DNA of 64,000 bases from NCBI RefSeq assembly GCF_001194135.2, contig NC_068998.1, forward strand, positions 28,881,162 through 28,945,161, read 5' to 3'. A program made the position numbers and the translations under genes. The notes below the pieces were generated by a model that worked only from the letters and a program-made list of their open reading frames with translations, searched no databases and was not told the DNA's origin. Source of the DNA: Octopus bimaculoides. Its lineage: Eukaryota. Positions 63,020 through 64,000 of this stretch are shown in pieces (the first letter of the stretch is position 1; every line of letters starts with the position of its first letter).

Positions 63020-63230
63020 ATCCCCAAAATGTAGGGTGGTCTTGCTTACTAGAAATAGCAGCCAAATCTCTCTCAAATTATACTGTGCTATCTTAAGAAT
63101 TACTAAAGATAGTGCTGTTTAGGATTATCTGTCTATGAAAATGATTGGAATGATCATGGCTTGCTTGCTTTTCATCATAGTTTTACTTGATCAAGGCGAA
63201 ATTATGACTGAAATATAACAAGCAAACTTG
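63020..63230 (+). mobile_element. SINE-like family D
   Basis: gaaatagcagccaaatctctctcaaatt..gatcatggcttg..cttgatcaagg..aacaa. Confidence 0.55.
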
Positions 63231-63682
63231 CATCAATATATTTGTAGCTTTCAAAGCTGGATGTGTCTGTGTGTATTTAGTGTATGTCTGTTAATGCCAC
63301 TGCTTCTTTGTCAGTTGTTGTTGTTGTTTGGCTCATGTTGCATAATTCCCAATATATGAAAGTCTGGCTCTAATGTATAGCTGCATCTCTTGCTTAAAAA
63401 TGGGCAACCAGAAATAATATGGTTATAATTGTCCAGCAATCTCTGTAGATGCAGCAGTCTCAGTGCAAATCTTCACCATATTACTGTAACAGAATAAAAA
63501 AAAAAAAGCACTCTACCCTCTGCTTTAAACAACCCACTGATCAGGAGAATTAACAATTACAAACGCAGCCCTCTTTTCAGAAGCTTGATTACTTCAATGT
63601 ACAATGGTGCTATTTGGTCAGTAGTTGTAATAGTTGTAATAGGTGCACTAAATGTCCACTTATTATAACTAGTTTGAATATA

Positions 63683-64000
63683 CATGGTCTAATCAATAAG
63701 TATCCGGACTGTTGCCATAGTAACGAAGTTAAAGTACACAGAGTGCAGTTGCTTGGCACAGATTGACCTTGAACTCTGTTGTGCATGTGCACTAAGTTTT
63801 AAGCAGTGTTTACAGTAGTGCTTGGAAGCGACGTGTATAGCGTATGATCACCGCATTGATCATGACAGAGAAAGTTGAGCAGAGAATCAGCATCATATTT
63901 TGCCAAAAGCTTGGTGATACCTGCTCAAAGGCTTACACAAAGTTTCAAAACATTTTCATCGTTCTTGACACACTCAAACACATCTTATGCAACTGAAACC
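63683..64000 (-). mobile_element. Third copy of the symmetric mariner MITE, opposite orientation, cut by window end
   Basis: TA + CATGGTCTAATCAATAAGTATCCGGACTGTTG. After MTEKVEQRISIIFCQKLGDTCSKAYTK it continues into the reverse complement of 49395-49460. Confidence 0.92.

Overview
AT-rich eukaryotic genomic DNA with many N-gaps next to (TA)n/(GT)n/(GA)n microsatellites. The repeat families look like those of an octopod cephalopod (Octopus-like); this is inferred from recall of repeat sequences, not from a search. The window is mostly intronic or intergenic and densely filled with transposon debris: tRNA-derived SINEs of several families, RTE, CR1/L2-like, Jockey/I-like and R4/Dong-like LINE remnants, and two Penelope-like GIY-YIG remnants. 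DNA transposon debris includes mariner DD34D, maT DD37D, a symmetric mariner-derived MITE in three copies, a hAT-related transposase remnant, and hAT and piggyBac MITEs. No intact transposase or RT ORF, no rRNA, no true tRNA and no CRISPR were seen. Almost all entries in the supplied ORF track are microsatellite, gap or antisense-TE artefacts. The only host-gene evidence is on the + strand: a TATA+Inr core promoter at about 24.6 kb, a candidate first coding exon (25947-26041, MENPNYSKVVLPRVLSTSALRVPKQRYSFWQ) and a frame-compatible 21-nt microexon (47193-47213). I could not assign that gene to a family. The most unusual structures are a 350-bp near-perfect palindrome with a 16-bp array at its apex (8198-8547), the two-left-ends mariner MITE, and the unannotated hAT-like transposase frame. 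I did not find a clearly new multi-gene system. Boundaries of degraded repeats are approximate (tens of bp).
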